Source: Eubacteriales bacterium (GTDB taxonomy: Bacteria; Bacillota; Clostridia; Oscillospirales; CAG-382). From it: a DNA stretch of 64,000 nucleotides. The stretch is taken from positions 57,378 through 121,377 of the forward strand of contig JAZKZH010000007.1 of NCBI GenBank assembly GCA_045612545.1. The letters run 5' to 3'. Below, piece by piece: positions 28,219 to 37,177 of the stretch (positions are counted from its first letter, which is position 1; each line of letters starts with the position of its first letter). The notes under the pieces were generated by a model. The model saw nothing but the letters and a program-made list of their open reading frames with translations. It was not told the DNA's origin and searched no databases. The translations under genes were made by a program, and so were the position numbers.

Positions 28219-30306
28219 ATGGAAACCCCTTTGTATACCTATCATCTTCCCCCGGAGCTGCAGCCCGTCTCCCGTGCCGTATGGTATTTGTTGGAGCATA
28301 AGCTCATCGCGGTGGAAGGAATCGAAGCACTCCCTTCTATGCCCGCGCCCTTCGAAGAGGAGCCGCCGCTGAAGAAAATTTATATAGGCAATCGCCGTTA
28401 TCTGGGCAACAAATACAAGCTGTTGGAGTTCATCTCCGGCGTGGTGGAGAAGGAATGCAAGGATATCAACACCGTGGTGGATATTTTTGCCGGCACCGGC
28501 GCGGTAGCCTCCGCCTTCACCCACAAGAAGCTGATCACCAACGATTTTCTGTATTCCAACTATCTCTGCAACTTGGCTTGGTTCGGGGCGGAGCATTTTG
28601 ACGAGGTCAAGGTGGAAAGCCTGCTTCGCTACTACAACGCCGTGATTCCCACAGAGGAAAACTATATGTCCCGCACCTTTGGGGACACCTTCTTTTCCCA
28701 TGCCGATTGTCTTAAGATCGGCTTTGTGAGAGAGCATATCGAAGCCCTTCGCAAGGAAAACAAGCTCAACGGCAGGGAACGGGCGATCCTCATCTCCTCC
28801 CTGCTGTACGCCATGGATAAAATCGCCAACACCTGCGGTCATTACGACGCTTTTATTCAAAACGGAAAATTCGAAAAGCATTTGGAGCTTTGTCTCCCCG
28901 CTGTCAGCAACCAAAACAACCCCAACAACCAATGCTTCTGCAAGGATTCCAACCTGCTGGCGGAAAACATCCGCGGAGATTTGATCTATATCGACCCGCC
29001 CTACAACTCCCGCCAATACTGCGACGCCTACCATCTTTTGGAAAACGTGGCAAGATGGGAGCAACCCGCCGTGGCAGGGGTGGCGCGGAAGATGGACAGA
29101 TCCCACCTGAAAAGCGATTACTGCACGGTAAACGCCGCGAGGGCTTTTGAGGATCTGGTGGAAAAGCTTCAAGCCAAGTACATCCTGCTTTCCTATAATA
29201 ATATGGCCTCCAAGGGCAACCAACGCTCCAACGCCAAGATCAGTGACGAGGACATTATGCGCATTCTCTCCCGCAAGGGCAAGGTGACGGTGTTCTCCGA
29301 AAGTTACAAGGCCTTTTCTGCAGGAAAATCCGACATCAAGGACAACGAAGAGCGTCTGTTCCTTTGCGAATGCTACGGCAACAGCTACAAGGAGCCGGTG
29401 CAATCCCCCTTGAACTACATGGGGGGCAAGTTCAAACTGCTGCCCCAGATCCTGCCCCACTTCCCCACCGACATCACCCTGTTCGTGGATCTTTTCTGCG
29501 GCGGCGCCAACGTGGGGATCAACGTGCCCTGCAACAAGGTGATCTTCAACGATAACAACGACCTGCTGCGCCGTATGTTCACCCGCTTCCAGGCAATGGA
29601 AAAGCAGGACACCTTTGAGATGATCGGCAGTATCATCGAGGCTTACCGTCTTTCCGACTCCGAAACCCACGGCTACGAATTTTACGGCTGTCACAGCGGA
29701 GACGGCTTGGCCAAATACAACACCGAGGGCTATCTCCGTCTGCGTAGGGATTACAACCAAAAATGCTTTGGGGATTACGATCCCTATATCATGCTGTACG
29801 TTCTCATCGTCTACGCCTTCAATAACCAGATCCGCTTTAACAAGAAGGGCGAGTTCAACCTCCCTGTGGGCAAGCGGGATTTCAACAAGAAAATGCGGGA
29901 GAAGCTTTCCGTGTTCATCGACCGCCTGAAAAGCGGGGACTATCAGTTCGAGAGCCTGGATTTCCGCAAGCTGCCCAACGAGACTTGGGACGAAAAGACC
30001 TTCGTCTACGCAGACCCGCCCTACCTCATCGCAAACGCCACCTACAACGAGCAGGACGGCTGGAACGAAGCTCTGGAGCGTGACCTCCACGCCTATCTGG
30101 ACGGCCTCCACGAAAGAGGCATCCGCTTTGCCCTCTCCAACGTGCTGCAAACCAAGGGCAAGCAGAACAAGATCCTCTTGGAATGGCTGGGCAGAAACAT
30201 GGACAAATACCGCGTGATCTATTTAGACCACAGCTATTCCAACTCCAATTACCAGATCAAGAACAGAACCTTCAAAACCGATGAGGTTTTGATTGTGAAT
30301 TATTAA
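28219..30306 (+). CDS. fused double N6-adenine DNA methyltransferase (two Dam-like D12-class modules), Type IIS-type
   Basis: AAGGAG lies 6 nt before the ATG at 28219. Module 1 has DIFAGTGAV and IYIDPPYNSRQY. Module 2 has NYMGGKFKLLPQI, DLFCGGANVG and VYADPPYLIANATY. This is the same two-module layout I recall for M.FokI and other Type IIS methylases. Confidence 0.88.
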   Translation: METPLYTYHLPPELQPVSRAVWYLLEHKLIAVEGIEALPSMPAPFEEEPPLKKIYIGNRRYLGNKYKLLEFISGVVEKECKDINTVVDIFAGTGAVASAFTHKKLITNDFLYSNYLCNLAWFGAEHFDEVKVESLLRYYNAVIPTEENYMSRTFGDTFFSHADCLKIGFVREHIEALRKENKLNGRERAILISSLLYAMDKIANTCGHYDAFIQNGKFEKHLELCLPAVSNQNNPNNQCFCKDSNLLAENIRGDLIYIDPPYNSRQYCDAYHLLENVARWEQPAVAGVARKMDRSHLKSDYCTVNAARAFEDLVEKLQAKYILLSYNNMASKGNQRSNAKISDEDIMRILSRKGKVTVFSESYKAFSAGKSDIKDNEERLFLCECYGNSYKEPVQSPLNYMGGKFKLLPQILPHFPTDITLFVDLFCGGANVGINVPCNKVIFNDNNDLLRRMFTRFQAMEKQDTFEMIGSIIEAYRLSDSETHGYEFYGCHSGDGLAKYNTEGYLRLRRDYNQKCFGDYDPYIMLYVLIVYAFNNQIRFNKKGEFNLPVGKRDFNKKMREKLSVFIDRLKSGDYQFESLDFRKLPNETWDEKTFVYADPPYLIANATYNEQDGWNEALERDLHAYLDGLHERGIRFALSNVLQTKGKQNKILLEWLGRNMDKYRVIYLDHSYSNSNYQIKNRTFKTDEVLIVNY

Positions 30307-30318
30307 AAGGAGTTTTTC

Positions 30319-32286
30319 ATGCCGGCATACAAAAGCTTTTGTTGGGCGTTGGGCACTACCAGCTTCCGCATGGTGGAGTTCAATCGCAAGATCGAGCAAC
30401 AGTTAGGCCTCCTCCAAGAGTTTTGGGCAGAACCACAGCACGCCGAACAGTCTTGGAGCTCCAATTCCCCTTTGCAAACGGAGTATTATAACCATCTTAA
30501 AGCCCGGGGATTTATCGAAGACCGTAACGCACCCCGCAAGGATAAGGACGCCCGGGAAAAGACATCCGGCTTAGTCGACCTGGGGCTGATCAACGACGAA
30601 CGTCGGCTCACAGCGGCAGGAGAAGCCTTACTCCAAATGGCAAACGAGGGGAATTTCCACGGGGACAATCTCCTCCAGATCCCCGCAGACAGCTTCCTCT
30701 ATTTCAAGCAATTGCTAAAGGTCTCCTACGATTTTGACGGAGAAGCGGTACGCCCCTATTTGGTGTTGGCCTACCTTCTCTCGCAATTGGGAGAACTGAG
30801 CAAAGAAGAGTTCACCTATTTACTGCCCCTTGCAACCAACCCCGAAAGAACCGAGCTGGTTCTTCGCTATATCCGGGAGATCCGCGCTTGCCGGGCAACC
30901 ATGGACGAAGCCATCCTTTCCGCACTGCTGCAAATGGAAAACTACAGAGAAGCACAGCATCTTTTCCTGACGGCAGAAGAAGTGAACGACGCCTTGATGC
31001 AAGAGATCGGCATGAACCGCAAAAGCCGTGTTTACGATCGCCCCTATACGGTGCTGTATCACAGCTTGTTGACCTTTGCCCAAGCTCCCGACCGTGAAGC
31101 CGCAACAACACTTCTGAAAGCGGTAAACGGGATCAGCGGAAACGCCAAATCTTTTTGGAAGCCCTATCTGTTCAACACCCCTTTGACCTCCGTTATCCGT
31201 CGCGAGGGCGTCGCAGCAGTCAACGACGTCGACCTATTCCACACGCAAAGCGAAAGGGAGTTCCGCACAATCTTTTTCCGCCTGTTGCACCTGTTCAAAG
31301 CCAAAAGCCTGCTTTCCGATTACTTCGACCTGAACAGGCGCTACTTCAAAACCACGGATACACTTCTGTTCCGGGACGGGCAGGTGCAGTTTGACGTGAT
31401 CCCCCGTTGCTTTTTTGCCGTTATCGGGGAGGATCTGCCCGCAGTGGCCTTCACAAGGGACCCCGCTCCCGAAGCAGACGGAACACTGTCCGAGATCAAC
31501 CCCTTGTTTGACGTTTCCGCCCCTCAGCTTTTCGCCAAAGCGGAAGAACTGTACGGCACTCACGTAGAGGATCTGCCTGGTATGCGAGCGTTGGTGCAAC
31601 ACGATCGATACCTCCGTTTCCATCAAATGATCGATACAAGATTTTCGGACGAACAGTTGGTGCGCCTCATGGATCTGTTTGAACGAAGAGAAGACGGAGA
31701 GGTCCGTGAATTGGTGACCAACAACGCCGACCTTCCCACCATTTTTGAATACGTAGTTGCCATTGCATGGTACAAGATCTCCGGCAGGCACGGCGATGTT
31801 CTCAGCTATATGAACTTATCTCTAGATGCAGACCTGTTACCCATCTCCCACGCAGGAGGCGGCCGCGAGGACATCACCTATCATTACCAAGCCACGGAGG
31901 ACTACCCTGCCCACACCCTCCTCATTGAGGTCACCCTGGCAAACGGCACGGCACAGCGCCGTATGGAAATGGAACCCGTTTCCCGTCATTTGGGAGAATA
32001 TCTCCTTGCCCACACGGAGGAAACGTATTGTGTATTCATCACGCCGTTTCTCCATTGCAACGTGACGTCGGACTTCCGTGGCAGAAAACAAACGCCTTAT
32101 TACACCTCCGACGGAACGCGGGGTATTGACGGCATGAAAATCATCCCCTGCCAAACGGCTGAGATCAAGCGGATCCTCCAAAGAGGTATTTCCTACGGAC
32201 AGCTGTATCAGCTCTTCGAGACCGCATATCACTCCCAAGTCCCTCCCAACCTGTGGTACAACAACGAAATTGCAAACGCTCTGTAA
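30319..32286 (+). CDS. AlwI/PleI/MlyI/N.BstNBI-family Type IIS restriction endonuclease
   Basis: 655 aa. The N-terminal WALGTTSFR and the C-terminal ISHAGGGREDI...LLIEVTL...EMEPVSRH closely parallel the THAAGNQPDMEI...LGEVTT...ESEPVTRH core I recall from N.BstNBI. RBS AAAAGGAG. The gap from the methyltransferase is 12 nt. Confidence 0.8.
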   Translation: MPAYKSFCWALGTTSFRMVEFNRKIEQQLGLLQEFWAEPQHAEQSWSSNSPLQTEYYNHLKARGFIEDRNAPRKDKDAREKTSGLVDLGLINDERRLTAAGEALLQMANEGNFHGDNLLQIPADSFLYFKQLLKVSYDFDGEAVRPYLVLAYLLSQLGELSKEEFTYLLPLATNPERTELVLRYIREIRACRATMDEAILSALLQMENYREAQHLFLTAEEVNDALMQEIGMNRKSRVYDRPYTVLYHSLLTFAQAPDREAATTLLKAVNGISGNAKSFWKPYLFNTPLTSVIRREGVAAVNDVDLFHTQSEREFRTIFFRLLHLFKAKSLLSDYFDLNRRYFKTTDTLLFRDGQVQFDVIPRCFFAVIGEDLPAVAFTRDPAPEADGTLSEINPLFDVSAPQLFAKAEELYGTHVEDLPGMRALVQHDRYLRFHQMIDTRFSDEQLVRLMDLFERREDGEVRELVTNNADLPTIFEYVVAIAWYKISGRHGDVLSYMNLSLDADLLPISHAGGGREDITYHYQATEDYPAHTLLIEVTLANGTAQRRMEMEPVSRHLGEYLLAHTEETYCVFITPFLHCNVTSDFRGRKQTPYYTSDGTRGIDGMKIIPCQTAEIKRILQRGISYGQLYQLFETAYHSQVPPNLWYNNEIANAL

Positions 32287-32342
32287 AAACATCCAACACC
32301 CCACTGCCCCCCGAATTGTTTTGACTTTTTTCCGTTTTGCTA

Positions 32343-32371
32343 TTGACATTCGAAAGAAAGTCGTGTATAAT
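32343..32371 (+). promoter_or_regulatory. sigma-A promoter for tRNA-Val (TTGACA-17-TATAAT)
   Basis: TTGACA at 32343-32348 and TATAAT at 32366-32371, 12 nt before the tRNA 5' end. Confidence 0.6.
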
Positions 32372-32382
32372 ACCCTACGTTC

Positions 32383-32459
32383 GTGGGTGTAGCTCAGTTG
32401 GTTAGAGCACTTGCTTGACATGCAAGGGGTCGTTGGTTCAAGTCCATTCATCCACACCA
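32383..32459 (+). tRNA. tRNA-Val (anticodon GAC)
   Basis: Acceptor GTGGGTG/CATCCAC (one G-U pair); D arm GCTCAGTTGGTTAGAGC; anticodon stem CTTGC/GCAAG with loop TTGACAT; T loop TTCAAGT; encoded CCA. There is one T-stem mismatch. Confidence 0.85.
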
Positions 32460-32493
32460 AAAAAACCGTGAAGATGATCTTCACGGTTTTTTG
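32459..32493. terminator. bidirectional intrinsic terminator
   Basis: An A-run, then stem CCGTGAAGA / TCTTCACGG with a 3-nt loop, then a T-run. It serves tRNA-Val and the convergent 32497 gene. Confidence 0.75.
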
Positions 32494-32496
32494 TTG

Positions 32497-35400
32497 TTAT
32501 TTTACGTGAATGGTGATCTTGCATTCCTCGGACCAGGACAGGTACTCGTTATAGACGAAGGTGAAGGTCACCTCTCCTGTGAAGTCCTTTTCGGGGAAAT
32601 AGTAGAAGCTTCCGTCGTCGCAGAAGGCCACCGTTCCGTGCTCGGGAAGGGCGGAGATCTTAAATTCCCGCAAGACCCGACCGTCGAGCCCAAGTTCACC
32701 CTTAAAGATCTTGTTCTTTTCGGCTTCGAAGGTGTGGGGCTCCAACGTATCGGGAACGTTTTTCAGATCCCCTTTGATGTAATGATAGGTGACGTCATAA
32801 ACAGACCGCGCCATGTAGGAGGCAGATCTTGCCGCCTCACCGAAGATGCCCATGCCCTGGTAATACATATTGACGGTATCGGTCATATAGCCCGTCTCTG
32901 CGCCCAAGGTGATGTACTCCATGTACTTCTTATAGAACAGCCGATCGCTCAGGCAGGCGGAATCGATCTCCATTTCCACGCCCATGCCGTAGAGCTTGGT
33001 AAACTTCTCGTTGTTGATCAAATTGGCATAGGGAGTCGCACTCTTGAACACGTAGTTGGGCTGCATACACGCGATGTCGAAGCCGTAGGACTCCCACGCG
33101 CTGAAGCCGGAGGCACAGTGGTAAGGGATCCAGAAGAAATCTCTGTCAATGGCGTGGAGATAATCCGAGATCTCGTTCAAAAGAACCTTGATGTCGTCGG
33201 TGTTCTGCTCGATGGATTCGTGCCACCAATAGTAGCCCACCAGACGGATATTTTGGTAGTTCTTGACCGCAAACCGCGCCTCGACCTCCTCTACGTACAG
33301 CCGAATGGCCTTCATGCGGTTCTCATAGACGGTAAAATCCTCGGAAATGCCGTCGCCGTCCACGTCGCCGAAGTCCTTCATGTCGCCGCCGGGATAGTAA
33401 ATGGTCATGGTCACGTTGTAACGGAAATCCTCGTCCAGACCGAGGGTCTCCTTCACCAGCCCTGCCGCCGCCTCCAAGGCATCCAAATTCACGCCGTCGC
33501 GGAACAGATCCTCGATGCACCAATCCCAGTCACTCTTGGTGGAGTTCCCAAAGGCAGAGCCGCCGCTGGGCATGGTTCCCGTGGTATACAGGAACAGGAA
33601 GCTATCGAACATGGTATCCGTGATGACCTGTTCCTTGTTCAAGTATGCCACGTAGGGCAGGAGGTCTGCCACCGTGTAGGCGTTATGATCCTTGGAATGG
33701 TACAAAAGACAGAGATGCTCCGCACCGCCCAGCAGATCCTCCGAGGGCTCCTTGCGCTTGTTGGCGGTGGATTCCTCGTAGACGGAGGGATAGGAGGTGG
33801 GAGAAGCGGTGTTTTTATCGCTTCGTCTGCCGAACACCTGAATTTCGTCCACGCCCGCCCAAACGGCGGTGGGGAAGGACAACGCTACGTAGCGAGCCTT
33901 GAGGGAAGTCTCCAAGGTCAGTTCCCCGCGGCTGATATTTTTTAGCTCGGAGGCAGAGATGGGGATCGTCCCCACGCGATGCCAATGAACGCCGTCCTCC
34001 GAAAGGATCACGCCCACGCTGGGAGGCGCGTATACCGCCCAATCCTCTACGGCGCAGAAGCTGACGGTCAGCTTTTCCACCGCAGAAAGATGCTCCAGGT
34101 CGAAAATGATCCTACGCTGGTCGCCTTGGCAGAATTTGAAGAATTTGCCGTTGTGAATGTTGTACTCCTGGGAGAAAACGCCGTCCGTCATCACCAAGGA
34201 GGTAACGGGGGTGTTGTTGGCGTAGTTTTCCTTGGAGACCGCGCCCACCATATCGATCTGGCAGGGCTTCCCTGCCACAAGGTTCACGTATTCCTCCGAG
34301 GGGGACTCCCAAGGAGTGCCCTCGGCCTCGATCTCTACCGGAGGGTAAACCCCGTCCGCCACCTCTTCTCTGTGGGAATACACCGAGATCTCACCCAGGA
34401 AATGCAACGCATCCTCCACGGTGTGGAGGGTGATCTCCAGATAGCGGACGCTGAAGGTCTTACCCCCCGAGAAGATAAAGCTCTTGTACCCCTCTTCATG
34501 CCGAGGTGCGCTGTAAATTCTTCCCAAATCGGTTTTCTTCCCCTTCTCATCCACTGCCGCAAAATCAAAGGCCACGGGATGGTAGATCCCCATGCTCTTT
34601 TTTGCCAGAGATACGATTTCGATGGAAGAGATATCGCCTGCGTGTTCCCCCAGATCCAGCTTGACGGTAACGTCATTGCCCCCTTCAAAGCCTACCCAAC
34701 AACCATGCTCCAAAAGGGTCTGAAAAGTTCCGTTGGTCAGCAGCTTCCCATCCGTGTCGGGATATTTGGCGCTGACGGCACCGTCAATGGTGTAGCTCGC
34801 GCCCTTGGAAATGCAAACCTTTGGCAGATCGGTATTGATAACGCCCTCTCCCTTGATGGGAGTGACCGTTCCCAATTGTCGGTATGCCTCTTCCACGGCC
34901 TCTTCGTACTGCACCGCCTCCTCCATCTCGGTAAAGGCGACAGCGGTCAATTCCTCTAAGAAGATCCAGGCGGCATTCCCGGTCACCGTAAAGCGGATAT
35001 AGCGGGCGGAGATCTCTTCCTTAAGCTTCAGCTCTGCATAGCTGAGGGAGTTCATCAGGCTTTCGTTGACGGAGGTCAGCTGCCCAAGCTCCGTCCACGC
35101 GGAGTTATCGGAGGAGCAAGCCACGGTGAAGCCAAGAGAAGAGCTGATCCCCGCGGTGTTTGCCAGATAGTAGCTGGCGGAAAAGGTATGGATCCCGCTT
35201 TGAAGCTTCTTCAGGTCAATAACGATCTCCAGCTTTCTCGTAGCGAAGCCCACCAGCTCGGAATTGCTGTAGGAATGTACCTCCCCGGAGGTTCCGTTGG
35301 TCAGCTCGGCATGATAAGCATCGGAATACTGCTCCGCCGCCTCCACGCTGACGGTATAGGACTTGCCCAAAGAGACGGCATAGTCCCCCATCACGGGAAC

Positions 35401-35577
35401 GTACTCCTCGGAGGTCTCGGAGGATTCCTCGGCGGAACTCTCGTCGGGCCGGTCGGGAAGGCTTTCCGTGCTTGGAACGCTTTCCCCGCCTTGGGGTCCG
35501 GAAGGGGCGCACCCTGCCGCCAAAAGAGCGGTCATCAGCAATAGCATTGCCACCAGCAAAGAAACGGTTCTTTTCAT
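32497..35577 (-). CDS. large surface lipoprotein (1026 aa) with discoidin/CBM-like repeats and a DUF4855-like C-terminal half (function uncertain)
   Basis: Lipobox LLAAGC, followed by an acidic Ser/Glu linker. The segment YIRFTV..AWIFLEEL resembles F5/8-type-C modules. The WWHE...FFWIPY region recalls DUF4855. RBS GGGAGG. Confidence 0.8.
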   Translation of the reverse strand: MKRTVSLLVAMLLLMTALLAAGCAPSGPQGGESVPSTESLPDRPDESSAEESSETSEEYVPVMGDYAVSLGKSYTVSVEAAEQYSDAYHAELTNGTSGEVHSYSNSELVGFATRKLEIVIDLKKLQSGIHTFSASYYLANTAGISSSLGFTVACSSDNSAWTELGQLTSVNESLMNSLSYAELKLKEEISARYIRFTVTGNAAWIFLEELTAVAFTEMEEAVQYEEAVEEAYRQLGTVTPIKGEGVINTDLPKVCISKGASYTIDGAVSAKYPDTDGKLLTNGTFQTLLEHGCWVGFEGGNDVTVKLDLGEHAGDISSIEIVSLAKKSMGIYHPVAFDFAAVDEKGKKTDLGRIYSAPRHEEGYKSFIFSGGKTFSVRYLEITLHTVEDALHFLGEISVYSHREEVADGVYPPVEIEAEGTPWESPSEEYVNLVAGKPCQIDMVGAVSKENYANNTPVTSLVMTDGVFSQEYNIHNGKFFKFCQGDQRRIIFDLEHLSAVEKLTVSFCAVEDWAVYAPPSVGVILSEDGVHWHRVGTIPISASELKNISRGELTLETSLKARYVALSFPTAVWAGVDEIQVFGRRSDKNTASPTSYPSVYEESTANKRKEPSEDLLGGAEHLCLLYHSKDHNAYTVADLLPYVAYLNKEQVITDTMFDSFLFLYTTGTMPSGGSAFGNSTKSDWDWCIEDLFRDGVNLDALEAAAGLVKETLGLDEDFRYNVTMTIYYPGGDMKDFGDVDGDGISEDFTVYENRMKAIRLYVEEVEARFAVKNYQNIRLVGYYWWHESIEQNTDDIKVLLNEISDYLHAIDRDFFWIPYHCASGFSAWESYGFDIACMQPNYVFKSATPYANLINNEKFTKLYGMGVEMEIDSACLSDRLFYKKYMEYITLGAETGYMTDTVNMYYQGMGIFGEAARSASYMARSVYDVTYHYIKGDLKNVPDTLEPHTFEAEKNKIFKGELGLDGRVLREFKISALPEHGTVAFCDDGSFYYFPEKDFTGEVTFTFVYNEYLSWSEECKITIHVK

Positions 35578-35808
35578 ACTCTTCCTCCCAATGAATCAAA
35601 CTAACTTAATATGATACCACTATTATACCACGATATATTTTTTTGTCAAATAAGAATTCTGCGAACCGGAACACAATTTTAAAATAAATCCCCTCGTTCC
35701 AGGCTCTTGGCCTGAAAAATGCAAGAGACGTCAAACAAAACTGCTTCAATTCAACAAGCAACAAAAAGAACTCCGTGCACAGCGAAAAGCGCCGCTGATG
35801 GGACGTGC

Positions 35809-35848
35809 CTCGCAAGGTGTCGACGCTTCACACCCTTTCATCCACACC
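35809..35848 (+). other. degenerate copy of the 3' half of tRNA-Val (att-like remnant)
   Basis: It is identical at 30 of 40 positions to 32419-32458, and the last 12 nt TTCATCCACACC are perfect. Like the real tRNA, it is followed by a terminator hairpin (35852-35897). Confidence 0.55.
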
Positions 35849-35851
35849 GGA

Positions 35852-35897
35852 AAAGTCTTGAGATCGTTCTGTTTTCAAGACTTTTTGTTTTTTTTCT
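35852..35897 (+). terminator. intrinsic terminator-like hairpin
   Basis: Stem AAAGTCTTGA / TCAAGACTTT with a 13-nt loop, followed by TTGTTTTTTTTT. Confidence 0.55.
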
Positions 35898-35961
35898 TGA
35901 CAGGAACGCCGTTCTATGGTAAACTACGTAAAAAGATCCCCCCCTTTTTCGGAGGCTAATT

Positions 35962-37158
35962 ATGAAAAAGATATTGTTCACGTTTCTTTTGCTTTTGTGC
36001 TTTGCTTTGATCTGCGGCTGCGCTGACAGCGCACTCAATGAATCTTCCGCGGAAGGCTCCAAGGAAGGAGAAAGCTCCCTGCCCATCTTGATCAGCCGGG
36101 CGGAAAGCTCCGCCCCCGAGGAAATCTCCCTGCCTATAGAAGACCCTTCCACGGAGGAATCCGACCCGGAGGAGATCTCCCTGCCCGAGGACGAAAGTCC
36201 CGCAGAAAGCAGTGAAGAAGTTTCCGAAGAAGTCTCCGAAGAAAGCGAGGAAGAGCCTGTGTACGACATCGGCGACGCAGAATTTATCCCCAGCGGCTAC
36301 CTGCTTTACAACGGCGCGGCATACCACCAAGTCCGTTATAACGCTTCCTCCGCCCAGAAATATGCGGATATGTACGCCACTTATGTAAAAACCTTCCCCG
36401 GAGTGGGAGTCCACGTGATCAATATGCCCGCCTCGGCGATCAGCATCACCAACCCTGCGGTGCGGGACCTGACCACAGACCAGCGAGAGGTGCTGGATCA
36501 AATGGAATCCCACATTTACGGAGGCGTGAACTTTATCAATTTGGGAGAAACCTTTGAAGCCCACCGCGGGGAGTATCTCTTCTTCAAGAGCGATTTCCAC
36601 TGGACACAGCTCGGCGCTTACTACGCCTATCAAGAGTTTGCAAAGTCCGTAGGGCTGACTCCTACGCCCCTTTCCGCGTTCGAGACGGAGGTCACCACCG
36701 AGACCTTCATCGGCCTTACCAACAGCGTCGCCCACGATGATCGCATCAACTCCTTCTTTGACACCATCCACGTATATTGGCCCCGCAAGGAGCACACCAT
36801 GGCGGTATATCTGAAAGATATGAGCCTGTACCGCACTTATAAGAACTGTATTCAGACCTCTATCAAGACCTATTCCTGCTATCTCACCGGTGACCAGGCT
36901 TACAGCGTGATCAACGTTCCCGAAAACGATCAGGACAAGGTGGTGCTGGTGATCAAGGAATCCTCCGCCAACGCTTTCGTGCCCTTCTTGACGGAGCATT
37001 ACGGCAACATCATCGTTATCGACCCCCGCCATATTATGCTGGACGTAAACAAGATCGTAAAAGAAAACGGCGTAGACGACATCATCTTCTTTGCCACCGC
37101 CTCTACCTGCAGCAAAGAGGGATATTACAATTACTACAAGCAGCTGATCGGAAAATAA
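35962..37158 (+). CDS. DHHW-family (AlgX/AlgJ-like) lipoprotein
   Basis: Lipobox LICGC, then an acidic linker. FKSDFHWTQLGAYYAY corresponds to the DHHW / DxHW motif region. Promoter TTGACA-17-TAAACT and RBS GGAGG are upstream. Confidence 0.7.
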   Translation: MKKILFTFLLLLCFALICGCADSALNESSAEGSKEGESSLPILISRAESSAPEEISLPIEDPSTEESDPEEISLPEDESPAESSEEVSEEVSEESEEEPVYDIGDAEFIPSGYLLYNGAAYHQVRYNASSAQKYADMYATYVKTFPGVGVHVINMPASAISITNPAVRDLTTDQREVLDQMESHIYGGVNFINLGETFEAHRGEYLFFKSDFHWTQLGAYYAYQEFAKSVGLTPTPLSAFETEVTTETFIGLTNSVAHDDRINSFFDTIHVYWPRKEHTMAVYLKDMSLYRTYKNCIQTSIKTYSCYLTGDQAYSVINVPENDQDKVVLVIKESSANAFVPFLTEHYGNIIVIDPRHIMLDVNKIVKENGVDDIIFFATASTCSKEGYYNYYKQLIGK

Positions 37159-37177
37159 TCCTTTAGGAGGAATTCTT

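Noticed and set aside
27997-30150. 717-aa ORF on the minus strand, the second-longest minus-strand ORF in the track
   Set aside because: It lies entirely antisense to the methyltransferase gene, which has clear DPPY and FxGxG motifs. Its product is a Val/Gly/His/Gln-rich low-information sequence typical of shadow frames in high-GC DNA, and it has no RBS or promoter.
32491-34959. Plus-strand ORFs 32491-33945 (484 aa) and 33979-34959 (326 aa)
   Set aside because: They are antisense shadows of the 1026-aa lipoprotein gene. The first would begin inside the terminator hairpin, and there is no RBS.
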